The notes beneath the pieces were generated by a model. That model saw nothing but the letters and a program-made list of their open reading frames with translations. It was not told the DNA's origin and did not search any database. A stretch of 64,000 nucleotides of DNA from Candidatus Marinacidobacterales bacterium. Lineage in GTDB: Bacteria > Acidobacteriota > Vicinamibacteria > Marinacidobacterales > DATDRI01. The position numbers were made by a program, and so were the translations under genes. This document shows positions 1-10,051 of the stretch, piece after piece. The stretch covers positions 928,001 through 992,000 of the forward strand of contig OZ244742.1 in the NCBI GenBank assembly GCA_965219415.1, given 5' to 3'. How positions within the stretch are numbered: the first letter of the stretch is position 1; each line of letters opens with the position of its first letter.

Positions 1-16
1 ACGGAAGAAGAGAAAT

Positions 17-796
17 CTATCCTGCCGCCTCGAGAGCTTCATCGAGCGCCCCGACGACATCTCGCACGGTGTAATTGATTTGAACCGGCACCCCTTCGTA
101 AACGTTGCCAAAAAAGGGCGCACGAATGACTCGTAGCTTTGCGTCCAGTAGCCAAATCGTCGGAGTGCCGTATCGCTGATCGTCCTCGAACCACTTGAAG
201 CGCCCCTGCCAGGGATGGATCGACCCGTACGCCGGGACGTGCTCATGCTCATTGGGATTGTCGAGCAGACGGAAACGCGGATCGTAGAAGATCGAGTCAA
301 AGGGAATGGTCCCATCTTCCTTGAGCACCTCGGTCTTTTCGATGAACTCCGCGAGCGCCTCCTGATAAGCCGCAGAGCCCTCGGGCTCGGCCAAAAAGAC
401 GTCCTGCCTGAAACCATAGCCAGTGCTGTAGACGGGAGGCGTGGCGACCGGAACAAACGTCACCCCCTCGCCAGCGTAGTTGAAATACACGCTGCGATGT
501 ACCGCCATATCGTCCGAACTGTCGCCACACCAGAGGCGGCCGCGTTTGTCCGGCTTCTTCTTCGCATAGGCGCCGCCGAAGACGATGAGATACAAGACCT
601 TCGTGGACTCGTCTATTTGGTCGGCCAACGTAACCGACCGGCCGTTTGGATCCAGAAAAAAGACCCGAGAGTCCACCTCGTCCCCGGGGCGATAACAACT
701 CTGCTTCGCCTCCCCGCGCGAACAAAGCCAAAGCGGCGTCGTCGCGAACAACCCAGCTACAGTGGTCGAGCTCCTCAAAAACTCTCTTCGATTCAT
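17..796 (-). CDS. Tat-exported thioredoxin-like fold protein (hypothetical)
   Basis: N-terminal MNRREFL twin-arginine signal; WCGDS (CxxS) motif; C-terminal YGTPTIWLLD resembles the cis-Pro strand of TlpA/AhpC-type folds. Confidence 0.6.
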   Translation of the reverse strand: MNRREFLRSSTTVAGLFATTPLWLCSRGEAKQSCYRPGDEVDSRVFFLDPNGRSVTLADQIDESTKVLYLIVFGGAYAKKKPDKRGRLWCGDSSDDMAVHRSVYFNYAGEGVTFVPVATPPVYSTGYGFRQDVFLAEPEGSAAYQEALAEFIEKTEVLKEDGTIPFDSIFYDPRFRLLDNPNEHEHVPAYGSIHPWQGRFKWFEDDQRYGTPTIWLLDAKLRVIRAPFFGNVYEGVPVQINYTVRDVVGALDEALEAAG

Positions 797-838
797 CTAG
801 CCCTCGTCTTCTGGCTCGGTCATTATAACTTCATCGTT

Positions 839-1375
839 TCACGCCTTCGTTGTCATGGGACGGGAAACCAAGAAAATGGGAAGAATGAACACTACGAACG
901 ATAGCAGGATGATCGCCGACCCGACCAGCGGTCGCGACTCCAGCCCTGTAGCTAACACCTCCGGCCAGCACAGAAAGATTCCGGCCATCAATAGGTGAAC
1001 GAAGAAATTGACATAGACGGCCATGCTGAAGCTGGTTTTCGGGTCGGCCGTGCCCACCGCGGTCATGCTCAATCCCTCGAAGCCACTAGACAAGAAGAAA
1101 CTCCCGACGAGCGCCGGCCATGGAACGCCCACCGTAGCGAGCGGAAACCCCAACCCGATGAACTCCGATGACGAGTTCGCGGCGAGCGCACTCCGGTAGG
1201 GCCGAGCTCCGCCGAGGAATCGAAGCAAGGCACCCTTGAGGGGAACCCACAGAAAAACTTGAAGTGTCATTCGGAGAAAGGTATCCAACGAGGGCGCAGC
1301 CGTGAGAAACCGAAACACCGAGGCGGCGACCGCCGCCACGACGAGAGCTAGCGCCGCCCATCGGGTCTTGCTCAC
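839..1375 (-). CDS. hypothetical integral membrane protein
   Basis: 178-aa ORF with several hydrophobic helices; start overlaps the lysA stop (GTGA coupling). Confidence 0.65.
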   Translation of the reverse strand: MSKTRWAALALVVAAVAASVFRFLTAAPSLDTFLRMTLQVFLWVPLKGALLRFLGGARPYRSALAANSSSEFIGLGFPLATVGVPWPALVGSFFLSSGFEGLSMTAVGTADPKTSFSMAVYVNFFVHLLMAGIFLCWPEVLATGLESRPLVGSAIILLSFVVFILPIFLVSRPMTTKA

Positions 1376-2634
1376 GATTCTTTTCCTAGCTCACGGGCCA
1401 GAAGAACCTTGGTGCTCTCCGCATCGCGGACGATGCGAAACTCGCCCCCGTCCACTACCACTTCCGCCGGACGCGGGCGCAAATTGTAATTGGAGCTCAT
1501 CGCGTACCCGTAGGCGCCGGCGTCCAAGATCGCCAATAGATCGCCGGGTCGCGGATCGACCAGTAGCCGGTCACGCCCGAAAGTGTCTGAGGTTTCGCAA
1601 ACCGCCCCAACGATGTCGACCGTCTCTTTCGCACCCTCGCGCGGTTCGATCGCCACGATGCGGTGGTAGGCATCGTAGAGTGCCGGCCGCAGCAGATCGT
1701 TCATACCCGCGTCGACAACGACAAAGCTTCTACCATGAACCCGCTTCACGTAGAGGACCTTGACCACGAACGCACCGGCCGGCCCGAGAAGAGCTCGTCC
1801 CGGCTCGACGATCACGCGAGCACCAGTGCCGGAAAACCAGGGAAGCACTTCCTGCGCATAGGCGCTGAACTCGGGTACAGACTCCTCGCCATAGGCGATT
1901 CCGAGCCCTCCGCCGATATCGACCTGTGTAATCGTTACGCCGCCGGCCTGCAGCTCACCCATGGCCTTCGCCAAGGTCCGCGCGGCTTCACCCAGCGGCT
2001 GCAAGGCGATGATTTGCGAACCGATGTGGGTGTGGATCCCGCAAAACTCCAAGTCCGGAAACTCAGCATGTCGGCGATAGAGCGCCATCGCCGTATCCAA
2101 ATCCAGTCCGAACTTGGCGGTTTGCACGCCGGTCGCGATGTGGGGATGCGTACCAGCATCGATGTCGGGGTTGATGCGAATGCTCACGCGCGCGCGCGCG
2201 CGCCGACCGTCCCTCTGCGCTAACCGATGGAGAAGACTCACCTCACCTTCGGACTCGACGTGAAAGAGCAGGATGTCGGCCTCGAGCCCGGCCTCGAGCT
2301 CCCACTCCGCCTTGCCCACGCCAGAGAACACGATCCGCTCGGCGGGGAACCCCACCTTGAGAGCCAGCGCCAACTCCGCGCCGGATACGACTTCGGCGCC
2401 CGCCCCCTCCGCTGCCAGCAAACGAAGCAAGGCTGGTTGAGAGTTCGCCTTGAGAGCGTAGCAAAGGAGATGGGCCTGAGCGACGAAGGCGCGATCGAGG
2501 CTTCGAAATCTCTCGACCACTTCGCGCGTGCTGTAAACGTAGAACGGAGTGCTCACGGACGATGCGATCCGCTCGAGCGAGCAGTCCTCGCAATGGATTT
2601 TACCCTCGCGAATGTAAAACGGTTGACTCGACAT
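1372..2634 (-). CDS. lysA: diaminopimelate decarboxylase
   Basis: TPFYVYS, YALKANS (PLP Lys), HIGSQI, EPGR, CETSD, GAYG motifs; start taken at MSSQPF. Confidence 0.95.
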   Translation of the reverse strand: MSSQPFYIREGKIHCEDCSLERIASSVSTPFYVYSTREVVERFRSLDRAFVAQAHLLCYALKANSQPALLRLLAAEGAGAEVVSGAELALALKVGFPAERIVFSGVGKAEWELEAGLEADILLFHVESEGEVSLLHRLAQRDGRRARARVSIRINPDIDAGTHPHIATGVQTAKFGLDLDTAMALYRRHAEFPDLEFCGIHTHIGSQIIALQPLGEAARTLAKAMGELQAGGVTITQVDIGGGLGIAYGEESVPEFSAYAQEVLPWFSGTGARVIVEPGRALLGPAGAFVVKVLYVKRVHGRSFVVVDAGMNDLLRPALYDAYHRIVAIEPREGAKETVDIVGAVCETSDTFGRDRLLVDPRPGDLLAILDAGAYGYAMSSNYNLRPRPAEVVVDGGEFRIVRDAESTKVLLARELGKES

Positions 2635-2790
2635 GCTTGATGCTTGTTCCCTTCCTCCCGAAAGGGTAGGACACAAGGGACGCTCGAACATTATATAGCG
2701 CCCCCGCAAACGAGGTCGCGTAGAGCGGGCACGATCACTCGAGGGTAAGGAATGAAAAGGAAGACCCGAAATCGCGAACCGATGTCGAGC

Positions 2791-3165
2791 TCAAACCTCG
2801 GAGCGAGGCATAAACTTTTTCAACTGGGACTGACCATCGTTTACGACCACGACCGCACCATTGGCGAGATCATCATCGAAAAGGGCGAGCAACTTGATGA
2901 GAAGACGACTCATCGAGTCCGAGCTTCCGCCTTTGAGCTTCAAAAGAACAACCGACGGCCACGAACCCGGCTTGGATTCAACCAGTCGAGCCAACCGTTG
3001 ATTTCGCGTGAGGACGACGCGATTCTCCAAAAGGGCCAACTTCAAGATCTCGGTCAGGGGGAGATCTCCGGCACCGATCTCGACGGCGTGAACTGCGTCG
3101 TGGCCCGCTCGCTTGAGCTTCTTGACGACCAGAACTGGGAATAGCGGGTCACCGATTAGTTTCAA
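2791..3165 (-). CDS. DUF5615-family PIN-like protein (degenerate)
   Basis: KLIGDPLFP..L..AGHDAVH...ENRVVLT pattern of DUF5615/Mut7-C-like PIN; TTG start inferred. Confidence 0.65.
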   Translation of the reverse strand: MKLIGDPLFPVLVVKKLKRAGHDAVHAVEIGAGDLPLTEILKLALLENRVVLTRNQRLARLVESKPGSWPSVVLLKLKGGSSDSMSRLLIKLLALFDDDLANGAVVVVNDGQSQLKKFMPRSEV

Positions 3166-3208
3166 GAGCGTTGGTCCACTTTCTTCAGGTTGTGCGCGTC
3201 GGGGTGCG

Positions 3209-4477
3209 CTACTTGGATACTCTAGCGGATGTGGCGACTTTCTCGAGCGCTTCGGTAAAGACATCCACCTCTTCAACGGTATTGTAATGGACGAGTGAGG
3301 CGCGAACCGCCCCCTCCTCCTCCGAAAGACCGAGCGCCCCCATGAGACGCGGGCAGTATAGGTGCCCATCGCGGACCGAGATCCCCTGCTGGGCGAGTTG
3401 GCGAGACACATCGGCGGACGCCACTCCTTCCATGCTGAAGCAGAGTGTCGGGGTTCGTAGCGCGTCGTGATTCGGCCCTTCGATTCCGTGCACGGTCATC
3501 CCGGAAACTTCCGAGACTTTCGTTAGAAGGTGCGCGGTGAGTGTGCGCTCGTAGTGACGGATAGCCTGCATGCCCCGTCGGAGATCCCCCCGCCGACCCA
3601 CCGCGTCAGCGGGCGCTAGGGGCATGTCTTTGGAGCGCCGACCCAATTCCTCGACGTAGCCGATGGCGGCATTCATGCCAGCAACAGCTTCGTAGCTAAA
3701 GGTCCCGATTTCAAACTTATCGGGAGCCTTATCCGCAACGAAGTACTCGCGAAAGGTGGGAAGCGAGTCCAAAAGCTCTCGCCGGCCCCAAAGAAAACCC
3801 ATATGGGGACCAAAAATCTTGTAGCCGGAGCACACGAGGAAATCACAACCGAAGAAACGCACATCGATGGGGCCGTGCGGTGCAAAGTGAACCGAGTCTA
3901 CAAAGAGGTAGCCTTTCTGAGCATGGATCCGCTCAGCGATGGGGATGAGCTCGACGATGGAGCCGGTGGCATTCGACGCCTTGGTGACTGCGACCACGCG
4001 GGTGCGACCCGTAAGGATGGCATCTAACTTCTCGATATCCAAGCGGGCATTCGCCTCCACCGGCCAAAACTTGATCTTGATACCCCGCGATTCTTGCAGT
4101 GCCAGCCAGGGACCAATGTTCGCTTCGTGATCGAGCTCGGTGACGACGATCTCGTCGCCTGGTTTCAACAACTCCCCGAGGGCGAGGCTGACGAGACGAA
4201 CGAATCCCGTGGCATTGAGCCCAAATACTACTTCCTCGGTCTCATAGGCATTCAGGAAAGCGGCGACGCTTTCGCGTGCCTGCTGAACGGCCTCGTCCAC
4301 TTCTTCGGAGAAACGATAGCGGCCACCCCGTTGCACATTGTGGCTGGTTAAATGGCCGGCCACCGCATCGACGACGGTTTGCGGTACTTGCGCACCGGCG
4401 GCGTTGTCGAAAAATACGAAGTCCGAGCCGGCAACGGTCGGAAAGCATCCGCGTACGTAATCGAGAGGAAATTCCAT
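3209..4477 (-). CDS. cysteine desulfurase-like protein (class V PLP aminotransferase, VC1184-like)
   Basis: FFDNAAGAQVP, LDHEANI, DSVHFAPH, CSGYKIFGPH (PLP Lys), VRASLVHYNT. Confidence 0.9.
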   Translation of the reverse strand: MEFPLDYVRGCFPTVAGSDFVFFDNAAGAQVPQTVVDAVAGHLTSHNVQRGGRYRFSEEVDEAVQQARESVAAFLNAYETEEVVFGLNATGFVRLVSLALGELLKPGDEIVVTELDHEANIGPWLALQESRGIKIKFWPVEANARLDIEKLDAILTGRTRVVAVTKASNATGSIVELIPIAERIHAQKGYLFVDSVHFAPHGPIDVRFFGCDFLVCSGYKIFGPHMGFLWGRRELLDSLPTFREYFVADKAPDKFEIGTFSYEAVAGMNAAIGYVEELGRRSKDMPLAPADAVGRRGDLRRGMQAIRHYERTLTAHLLTKVSEVSGMTVHGIEGPNHDALRTPTLCFSMEGVASADVSRQLAQQGISVRDGHLYCPRLMGALGLSEEEGAVRASLVHYNTVEEVDVFTEALEKVATSARVSK

Positions 4478-4692
4478 CTTCTAGCTCCTGGCCACCTTGG
4501 CTACCAGGCACCTGCCTAGTCTAGCGCCCGACGCCTGGCTTGGTCCGCTAGTGGCAACCGGTCTATTTTGGCGTCCGACAGGGCGCATGGCATCGAAAGC
4601 GCCCGCAAAAAGAGGCGAGTATAGCATGCCCGCCTAGCTACCTTGCTACTAGGCACTTTGCCCGTTTTGGCGTCAGGCAGCCTCTGAACGCG

Positions 4693-5046
4693 CTAACCGC
4701 GCAAGAGATCAACCAGTTGAGTGCTAAATTCCGAGCGGGCCATGACACTCTCACAGCCCTCTCGGCGCGCTTGCTCCGCGCGCGCCGGATCGGTGTGGCG
4801 CACAAAGGCCACCATCGGCAGGTTGGCTGTCTCAGGAGCCGATCGTAGCTTCTTGATAGCTACCACCGCGTCCATATTTTGATCACCAAGGTCGAGCACC
4901 ACCAACTCTGCGCCCGCTCGCGCCTTCTCCAGCAGGTCGTCCTCCGAGGAGGCAAACGTCAATTCGACGGACGCCTGTTTGGCCGCAGACTGCAGCTTTC
5001 CCACGAAAAACAGATTGTTGACGGCGGCCAATATTCTGCGAGACAT
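4693..5046 (-). CDS. single-domain response-regulator receiver protein
   Basis: 117-aa CheY-like pattern (VVLDL, IKKLR..PET..LPMVAF). Confidence 0.8.
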   Translation of the reverse strand: MSRRILAAVNNLFFVGKLQSAAKQASVELTFASSEDDLLEKARAGAELVVLDLGDQNMDAVVAIKKLRSAPETANLPMVAFVRHTDPARAEQARREGCESVMARSEFSTQLVDLLRG

Positions 5047-5096
5047 GGCGGTCCTCCTCCGAGACCATTATAATAGTCTCTTAAACAGAGGGTATT

Positions 5097-6212
5097 TTGC
5101 CAATCAAATCCAAGCCATCCGCGATGCGGGATGCTCTCGTTGCCGCCGGCGCACGATTTGCCGACCACCGAGGGCGCGAGGTTCCCGATGAGTTCTCGGG
5201 CGTCGACGAGGAGTATCGCGCCGCGTGCGATGCGGTGATCGTCGGGGACCGCTCGTACCGTGCGCGGCTGCGCGTCGCCGGAACCGATCGAGTGAGCTTC
5301 CTAAACAATATGCTGACCAACGATTTGAAGAGCCTCGCGCCTGGAGATGGATTACACGCCGCCTTGCTCACCCGGCTCGGGAAACTGGTTTCGGACTTGT
5401 TCGTTTACCAACTAGACGATGCCATCTTGCTGGAAATGGAGCCCCGAGCTCTTGCGCCAGTAACGGAAGCCCTCTCCCACTACATCATCTCCGAGGACGT
5501 CGGCTTGAGGGATGGCAGCGAAGATGAGGCTCTATTGTCGCTCCAAGGGCCTCGCTCGTCGGAGCTACTCTCGCAGGTATTGGACGAAGGGTTAAGCGAG
5601 CTGGCGCCGTTCCACTTCAGTCAAACGAAACTCGCGGGACTGAAAGCCCGGGTCAGCGCAACACCGCATGGCCCGGGTCAGAGTTTTGACATTGCCGTTT
5701 CACCAAAGGATGCCGCTTCGCTGTTGGAGAAACTCCTTGCCGCTGGCAGACCGCTCGGGCTTCGCCCTGCCGGATGGCAAGCGTTGGAGGTCCGTCGAAT
5801 CGAATCCGGAATTCCACTTTTCGGGGTGGACATGGACGAGTCGCACTTCCCCATGGAAGCCGGTTTGGGCGAGGCTATCAGTTTCACCAAAGGCTGCTAC
5901 CTCGGTCAGGAGTACGTGGTGCGGCTCGCCCATCGTGGCCACTTGAATCGTAAGCTCGTCGGCTTGCAAGTGACCGATTCAGGCCTCCCTCTCTCGGGTG
6001 ATGGCATCTTTCGATCGACAGACGACGCTGAACAAGACGGACGAGTGGGACAGGTGACGAGCGCCGCATTCTCCGCCGGTTTGGGGCATCCGATCGCCCT
6101 TGGTTACGTCCAACGGGATAGCTTCGCTCCCGCAACCCCGGTATGCATCCATCGCGAAGATCAAGTCTTCGGCGCGCAAGTGACCGAGCTGCCGTTTATC
6201 GATTCGCCATGA
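5097..6212 (+). CDS. ygfZ: YgfZ/GcvT-family folate-binding protein
   Basis: KGCYLGQE signature; FLNNMLTND; GcvT-like C-terminus. Confidence 0.85.
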   Translation: MPIKSKPSAMRDALVAAGARFADHRGREVPDEFSGVDEEYRAACDAVIVGDRSYRARLRVAGTDRVSFLNNMLTNDLKSLAPGDGLHAALLTRLGKLVSDLFVYQLDDAILLEMEPRALAPVTEALSHYIISEDVGLRDGSEDEALLSLQGPRSSELLSQVLDEGLSELAPFHFSQTKLAGLKARVSATPHGPGQSFDIAVSPKDAASLLEKLLAAGRPLGLRPAGWQALEVRRIESGIPLFGVDMDESHFPMEAGLGEAISFTKGCYLGQEYVVRLAHRGHLNRKLVGLQVTDSGLPLSGDGIFRSTDDAEQDGRVGQVTSAAFSAGLGHPIALGYVQRDSFAPATPVCIHREDQVFGAQVTELPFIDSP

Positions 6213-6748
6213 AGATCTACACCAGGACCGGGGACGCCGGAGACACAGGTTTGCTGGGAGGCGTACGAGTCTCAAAAAGCGATCTACGAGTCGAAGCCTA
6301 CGGAGAGGTGGACGAGTTGAACGCTTCTCTGGGAACGGCGGCTGCGAGCGTCTCCAATACGGAGATCGGCTCGGTATTGCAACGAATCCAAAGGGATCTC
6401 TTCTCGGTAGGAGCGTTGCTCGCAAACCCCACCGGAGCCGGAAAACGGAACGCCAAGATTTCCCTGGGTCTCGAGGACGTACAACGCATGGAAGAAACTA
6501 TCGATCGATTCGATTCTCGACTTCCGGTCCTCACCCAGTTCATCCTTCCTGGAGGCAGCCCGGGTGGATCGCTCCTTCACCAGGCACGCTCCGTTTGCCG
6601 TCGCGCCGAGCGCAAAGTCGTGGGGTTGGCGTCCTCGGAGCCCGTGGCAGAGACGGTGATTCCCTATCTCAACCGACTCTCCGATCTCCTGTTCGTCTTG
6701 GCTCGTTTCGAGAACAAAGATCGCGGCGTGGAAGAGAAGCCGTGGTAG
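6209..6748 (+). CDS. PduO-type cob(I)alamin adenosyltransferase
   Basis: MKIYTRTGDAG, EAYGEVDELN, RRAER, YLNRLSDLLFVLAR; ATGA overlap with ygfZ. Confidence 0.95.
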   Translation: MKIYTRTGDAGDTGLLGGVRVSKSDLRVEAYGEVDELNASLGTAAASVSNTEIGSVLQRIQRDLFSVGALLANPTGAGKRNAKISLGLEDVQRMEETIDRFDSRLPVLTQFILPGGSPGGSLLHQARSVCRRAERKVVGLASSEPVAETVIPYLNRLSDLLFVLARFENKDRGVEEKPW

Positions 6749-7947
6749 AAAGCGGTAACTCGACGTTCGCGGTCGTCCACTACCACGAGATCGCTTTAAA
6801 GGGTCGGAATCGACCTTTCTTCATCAACCGGCTCGTGCGAAACATCGAAGCAGCGGGCGCGGACCTGCCTCTGAAACGAGTGGTGGCCCTCCCAGGGCGG
6901 TTGATGGTCGAGCTCACCGACGAGGCGGCTTGGCCACGTCTCAGAGAACGCCTTGCCCAAGTGGTCGGGATCGCCAACTTCTCGCCCACCCATCGAGTGG
7001 AGCTCGACATCGAAGCCATCGCTGACGAAGTAGTACGCGCGGTTGCCGACAAAAGCTTCGAGTCGTTCCGCATTACCACTCGGCGAGCGTACAAGGGTTT
7101 CAGCCTCAACTCGATGGAAATCGATCGAGCCGTCGGCGCCCGGGTCAAGGAAGCTTGCGGGGCGCGGGTCGACTTGAAGTCACCCGAGTTGACGGTCTAC
7201 ATCGAGATCCTTCCCCGCGAAGCGCTGTTCCATGTCGAAAAAATCGGAGGACTGCAAGGCGTTCCGGTTGGAACCGCGGGCCGGGTTGCGGCACTCCTCT
7301 CCGGCGGCATCGATTCGCCGGTGGCGGCCTACCGAATGATGAAAAGAGGGTGCCGGGTGGATTTCATTCACTTCCACAGCGTTCCTTTCCTTTCGAGAGC
7401 CTCGCAGCAAAAAGTAAAGGAGATTCTCGATGTTCTGACCCGCTACCAGTACCGTTCGCGACTCTACCTCGTCGCCTTCGGGAACCTGCAGCGCCAGATC
7501 ATGCTCGCCGCCCCGGCTCCGTTGCGAGTCGTGCTCTACCGTCGGTTCATGGTGAGAATCGCCACCGCGCTTGCGAGACATCGGCGTGCCCGCGCCCTGG
7601 TTACCGGCGAAAGCCTTGGACAGGTCGCTTCCCAAACACTGGAGAACTTGGCGGTCATCGAGGCGGCGGCGGGCCTCCCGGTACTGCGCCCCCTAATCGG
7701 TATGGACAAGGCCGAGATCACGACCCAAGCGAAAGAGGTCGGCACCTACGAGATCTCCATCATCCCTGACCAGGATTGTTGCCAGCTCTTCATACCTGCC
7801 TATCCCGCAACGCGCAGTCGACTGGATGAGGTCATCGCAGCCGAGCAAGAGCTAGACGTTGAGGAGCTGGTCCAAACCGCGGTACAAGGAACGGAGGAGA
7901 CGCGCTTCAGTTTCCCCGCCGCCACTCAAGCGCTGCAAGCGTCGTGA
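6742..7947 (+). CDS. thiI: tRNA 4-thiouridine(8) synthase ThiI (THUMP + PP-loop, no rhodanese domain)
   Basis: EIALKGRNR, LLSGGIDSPVA, TGESLGQVASQT, DCC motifs; GTG start overlapping the upstream stop. Confidence 0.95.
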   Translation: MVESGNSTFAVVHYHEIALKGRNRPFFINRLVRNIEAAGADLPLKRVVALPGRLMVELTDEAAWPRLRERLAQVVGIANFSPTHRVELDIEAIADEVVRAVADKSFESFRITTRRAYKGFSLNSMEIDRAVGARVKEACGARVDLKSPELTVYIEILPREALFHVEKIGGLQGVPVGTAGRVAALLSGGIDSPVAAYRMMKRGCRVDFIHFHSVPFLSRASQQKVKEILDVLTRYQYRSRLYLVAFGNLQRQIMLAAPAPLRVVLYRRFMVRIATALARHRRARALVTGESLGQVASQTLENLAVIEAAAGLPVLRPLIGMDKAEITTQAKEVGTYEISIIPDQDCCQLFIPAYPATRSRLDEVIAAEQELDVEELVQTAVQGTEETRFSFPAATQALQAS

Positions 7948-7983
7948 TGGAGGCTTCCACCTCGAGTCATGGCGCGACCGAAG

Positions 7984-8802
7984 CTACAAAGAGCCCAAAA
8001 AATCTTCCCACGCCGACCAATAATCTTCGCCACCGGCCAAAAAAGTGTCGTTGTGATCGGCGCCGACAATCGCGTAGAAGCGCTTGGGTTCCGGGGCCGC
8101 CTTAAAAAGGGCCTCTCCTTGAGCGAAGGGTACGACTCGATCGCGGGTTCCATGCAGGACGAGGAGCGGGACATCGAGGGACGGAATCTTGGCCAGATTC
8201 TCGTATCGCGTGCGTGCAAGCCGCCCAAGGGGAAGAAAGGGATAGGCCGCGGCGGCCATGTCGCGGATCGAAGAAAAAGGCGCCTCCAAGACCAGAGCCG
8301 ACGACGGTCTTTCGAGTGCCAACTGGACCGCAATCGCAGCACCGAGCGACTCGCCGAAAAGAACGATCTGGTCCGGACTGAGCCCACGGTCGACCAGGTA
8401 TTGGTACGCCGCTCGGCCGTCCGAGTACGTACCTTCTTCGTTGGGACTCCCCTCACTTTTTCCGTAGCCGCGATAGTCGAAGAGAAAGACGCTCAGCTCG
8501 AGTTTGGCCTGCAAGAGAAGGGTTCGGTCGAGCCGGTGCGAAATGTTGCCGGCGTTCCCGTGACAGACGAGCACGGTGCGGCGAGCATTCGGAACCGGCA
8601 AGAACCAACCGTGCAGTCGGACACCGTCTTCCGTTTGAAGCCTTACTTCTTCGAAGGCGAGCCCCAGGTCGGCGGGGGTCAGTTCATGTGCGCGATAAGG
8701 AAAGTAGATGAGCTTCTCTTCGAAAATCAACGGGGCCACCTGCAGGCCGAGGATCGCCAGCACCGCTATCAACAGCGGGCGCTTCGCTTCGGCCGCCTTC
8801 AT
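7984..8802 (-). CDS. alpha/beta hydrolase (ABHD13/17-like)
   Basis: HGNAGN, DYRGYGKS, GESLG nucleophile, HGTRD, GADHND. Confidence 0.9.
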   Translation of the reverse strand: MKAAEAKRPLLIAVLAILGLQVAPLIFEEKLIYFPYRAHELTPADLGLAFEEVRLQTEDGVRLHGWFLPVPNARRTVLVCHGNAGNISHRLDRTLLLQAKLELSVFLFDYRGYGKSEGSPNEEGTYSDGRAAYQYLVDRGLSPDQIVLFGESLGAAIAVQLALERPSSALVLEAPFSSIRDMAAAAYPFLPLGRLARTRYENLAKIPSLDVPLLVLHGTRDRVVPFAQGEALFKAAPEPKRFYAIVGADHNDTFLAGGEDYWSAWEDFLGSL

Positions 8803-8855
8803 CCTGCCCCCATTATGTCAAAAGCCGGAGCCCGGACCGGGGAGACTGGTGCGCC

Positions 8856-9683
8856 GTGAGTGCTCGGGACGCTTTCGCACGCATCGCGTCGGGTGAGGAT
8901 AGCCCGATCGAGATCGATCGGGCGGCCTTGCTCATCTCGGCCGAGGAGTACCCGAACCTGGTGGTGAACGACTACCTCGGGAAGCTCGATGACTTGGCGG
9001 AGCGAGTCCGCCAGCGTCTCTATGTCGGCGCCGGACCCCATGAAACTTTGGCCCGGCTCAACCAAGTGCTGTTCGACGAAGAGGAGTTCCGAGGGGATGA
9101 CAAGGAATACTACGACCCACGAAACAGTTACCTCAGTGACGTCATCGACCGACGAATCGGCATCCCTATTACCTTGTCCGCGGTTTACGGAGAGGTCGCA
9201 AGACGGATCGGCTTCGAGCTCCAAGGAGTCGGCTTCCCGGGCCACTTCTTGTTGAAACATGAGATGAAGGAAGAAGAGATCCTGATCGACGTTTTTTATC
9301 ATGGCCAGATCCTGACTCACGATGATTGTCGAGAGCGGTTGAAGCAAAACTTCAAAGACAAATTGGAGTTCCACCCCAAGCAGCTGCAAAGCACCACACC
9401 TCGCCTGATGCTCTTCCGAATACTGAATAACCTGAAGGGCATCTACGTGAATCGCCCCGAGCACACCAGAGCTCTGGCAGCCACCGAACGTATGCTGTTG
9501 CTCGTTCCCGACTCGCCGGCGGAGGTCCGCGATAGAGGCATCCTCCTTTCCAGCGTCGGCCGCCCCCTCGAAGGGGTCTCAGAGCTTGCCCGATACCTGA
9601 AGTTAAAACCGGATGCTCGGGATCGGCAACGAGTAGAAGGAATGATCGATCGCTTGCGACTGCAGATCGGGATGGCCAACTAG
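8856..9683 (+). CDS. SirB1-family protein (transglutaminase-like core + TPR)
   Basis: YYDPRNSYL..VIDRRIGIPITLS, GVGFPGHFL, RILNNLK, EVRDRG. Confidence 0.9.
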   Translation: MSARDAFARIASGEDSPIEIDRAALLISAEEYPNLVVNDYLGKLDDLAERVRQRLYVGAGPHETLARLNQVLFDEEEFRGDDKEYYDPRNSYLSDVIDRRIGIPITLSAVYGEVARRIGFELQGVGFPGHFLLKHEMKEEEILIDVFYHGQILTHDDCRERLKQNFKDKLEFHPKQLQSTTPRLMLFRILNNLKGIYVNRPEHTRALAATERMLLLVPDSPAEVRDRGILLSSVGRPLEGVSELARYLKLKPDARDRQRVEGMIDRLRLQIGMAN

Positions 9684-9985
9684 GGGACCGACGAGGCCCG
9701 ACTCGGCAGTCGGCGCTTGACATGCCGCCGCGGGAAGAAATAGAGTGGCCCCGCGCTCAATCCTCCCCCCAAAAAGGACGGCGCTTTCAGCAGGGAGAAA
9801 AACCTGAGGGAAGTCGCGTCGGCGTTCTAATTTTCGTGGGTTTCCGCCCTCTGCGCGAAGCTCGAAGAGTTAAGCAGCGAGGGGCGGGGCTTCTAAAATT
9901 GCCGTTTTCGAGGCCCGCTCCCCAACCCTTGGTCTCGGAACTCCTTTCCTCAAGCAGTCGTCTGTCTCCCTGATTTCGGGGGTTT

Positions 9986-10009
9986 CCTGCCGGCCCCCCG
10001 GCCGGCAGG
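9986..10009. repeat. perfect 10-bp stem hairpin
   Basis: CCTGCCGGCC-CCCC-GGCCGGCAGG. Confidence 0.6.
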
Positions 10010-10051
10010 TGCCCTCGATGACCTGGCAGTCACTTTTATGAGGAGGCAGTC

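Noticed and set aside
2187-2202. (CG)8 run in lysA as a phase-variable microsatellite
   Set aside because: In frame, encodes RARAR in a housekeeping gene; no evidence of switching
7969-8859. Long antisense ORFs (e.g. 7969-8859+, 215-904+, 54420-55331+, 39275-40072+, 47855-48760+)
   Set aside because: Shadow frames of well-supported genes on the opposite strand in GC-rich DNA; no motifs
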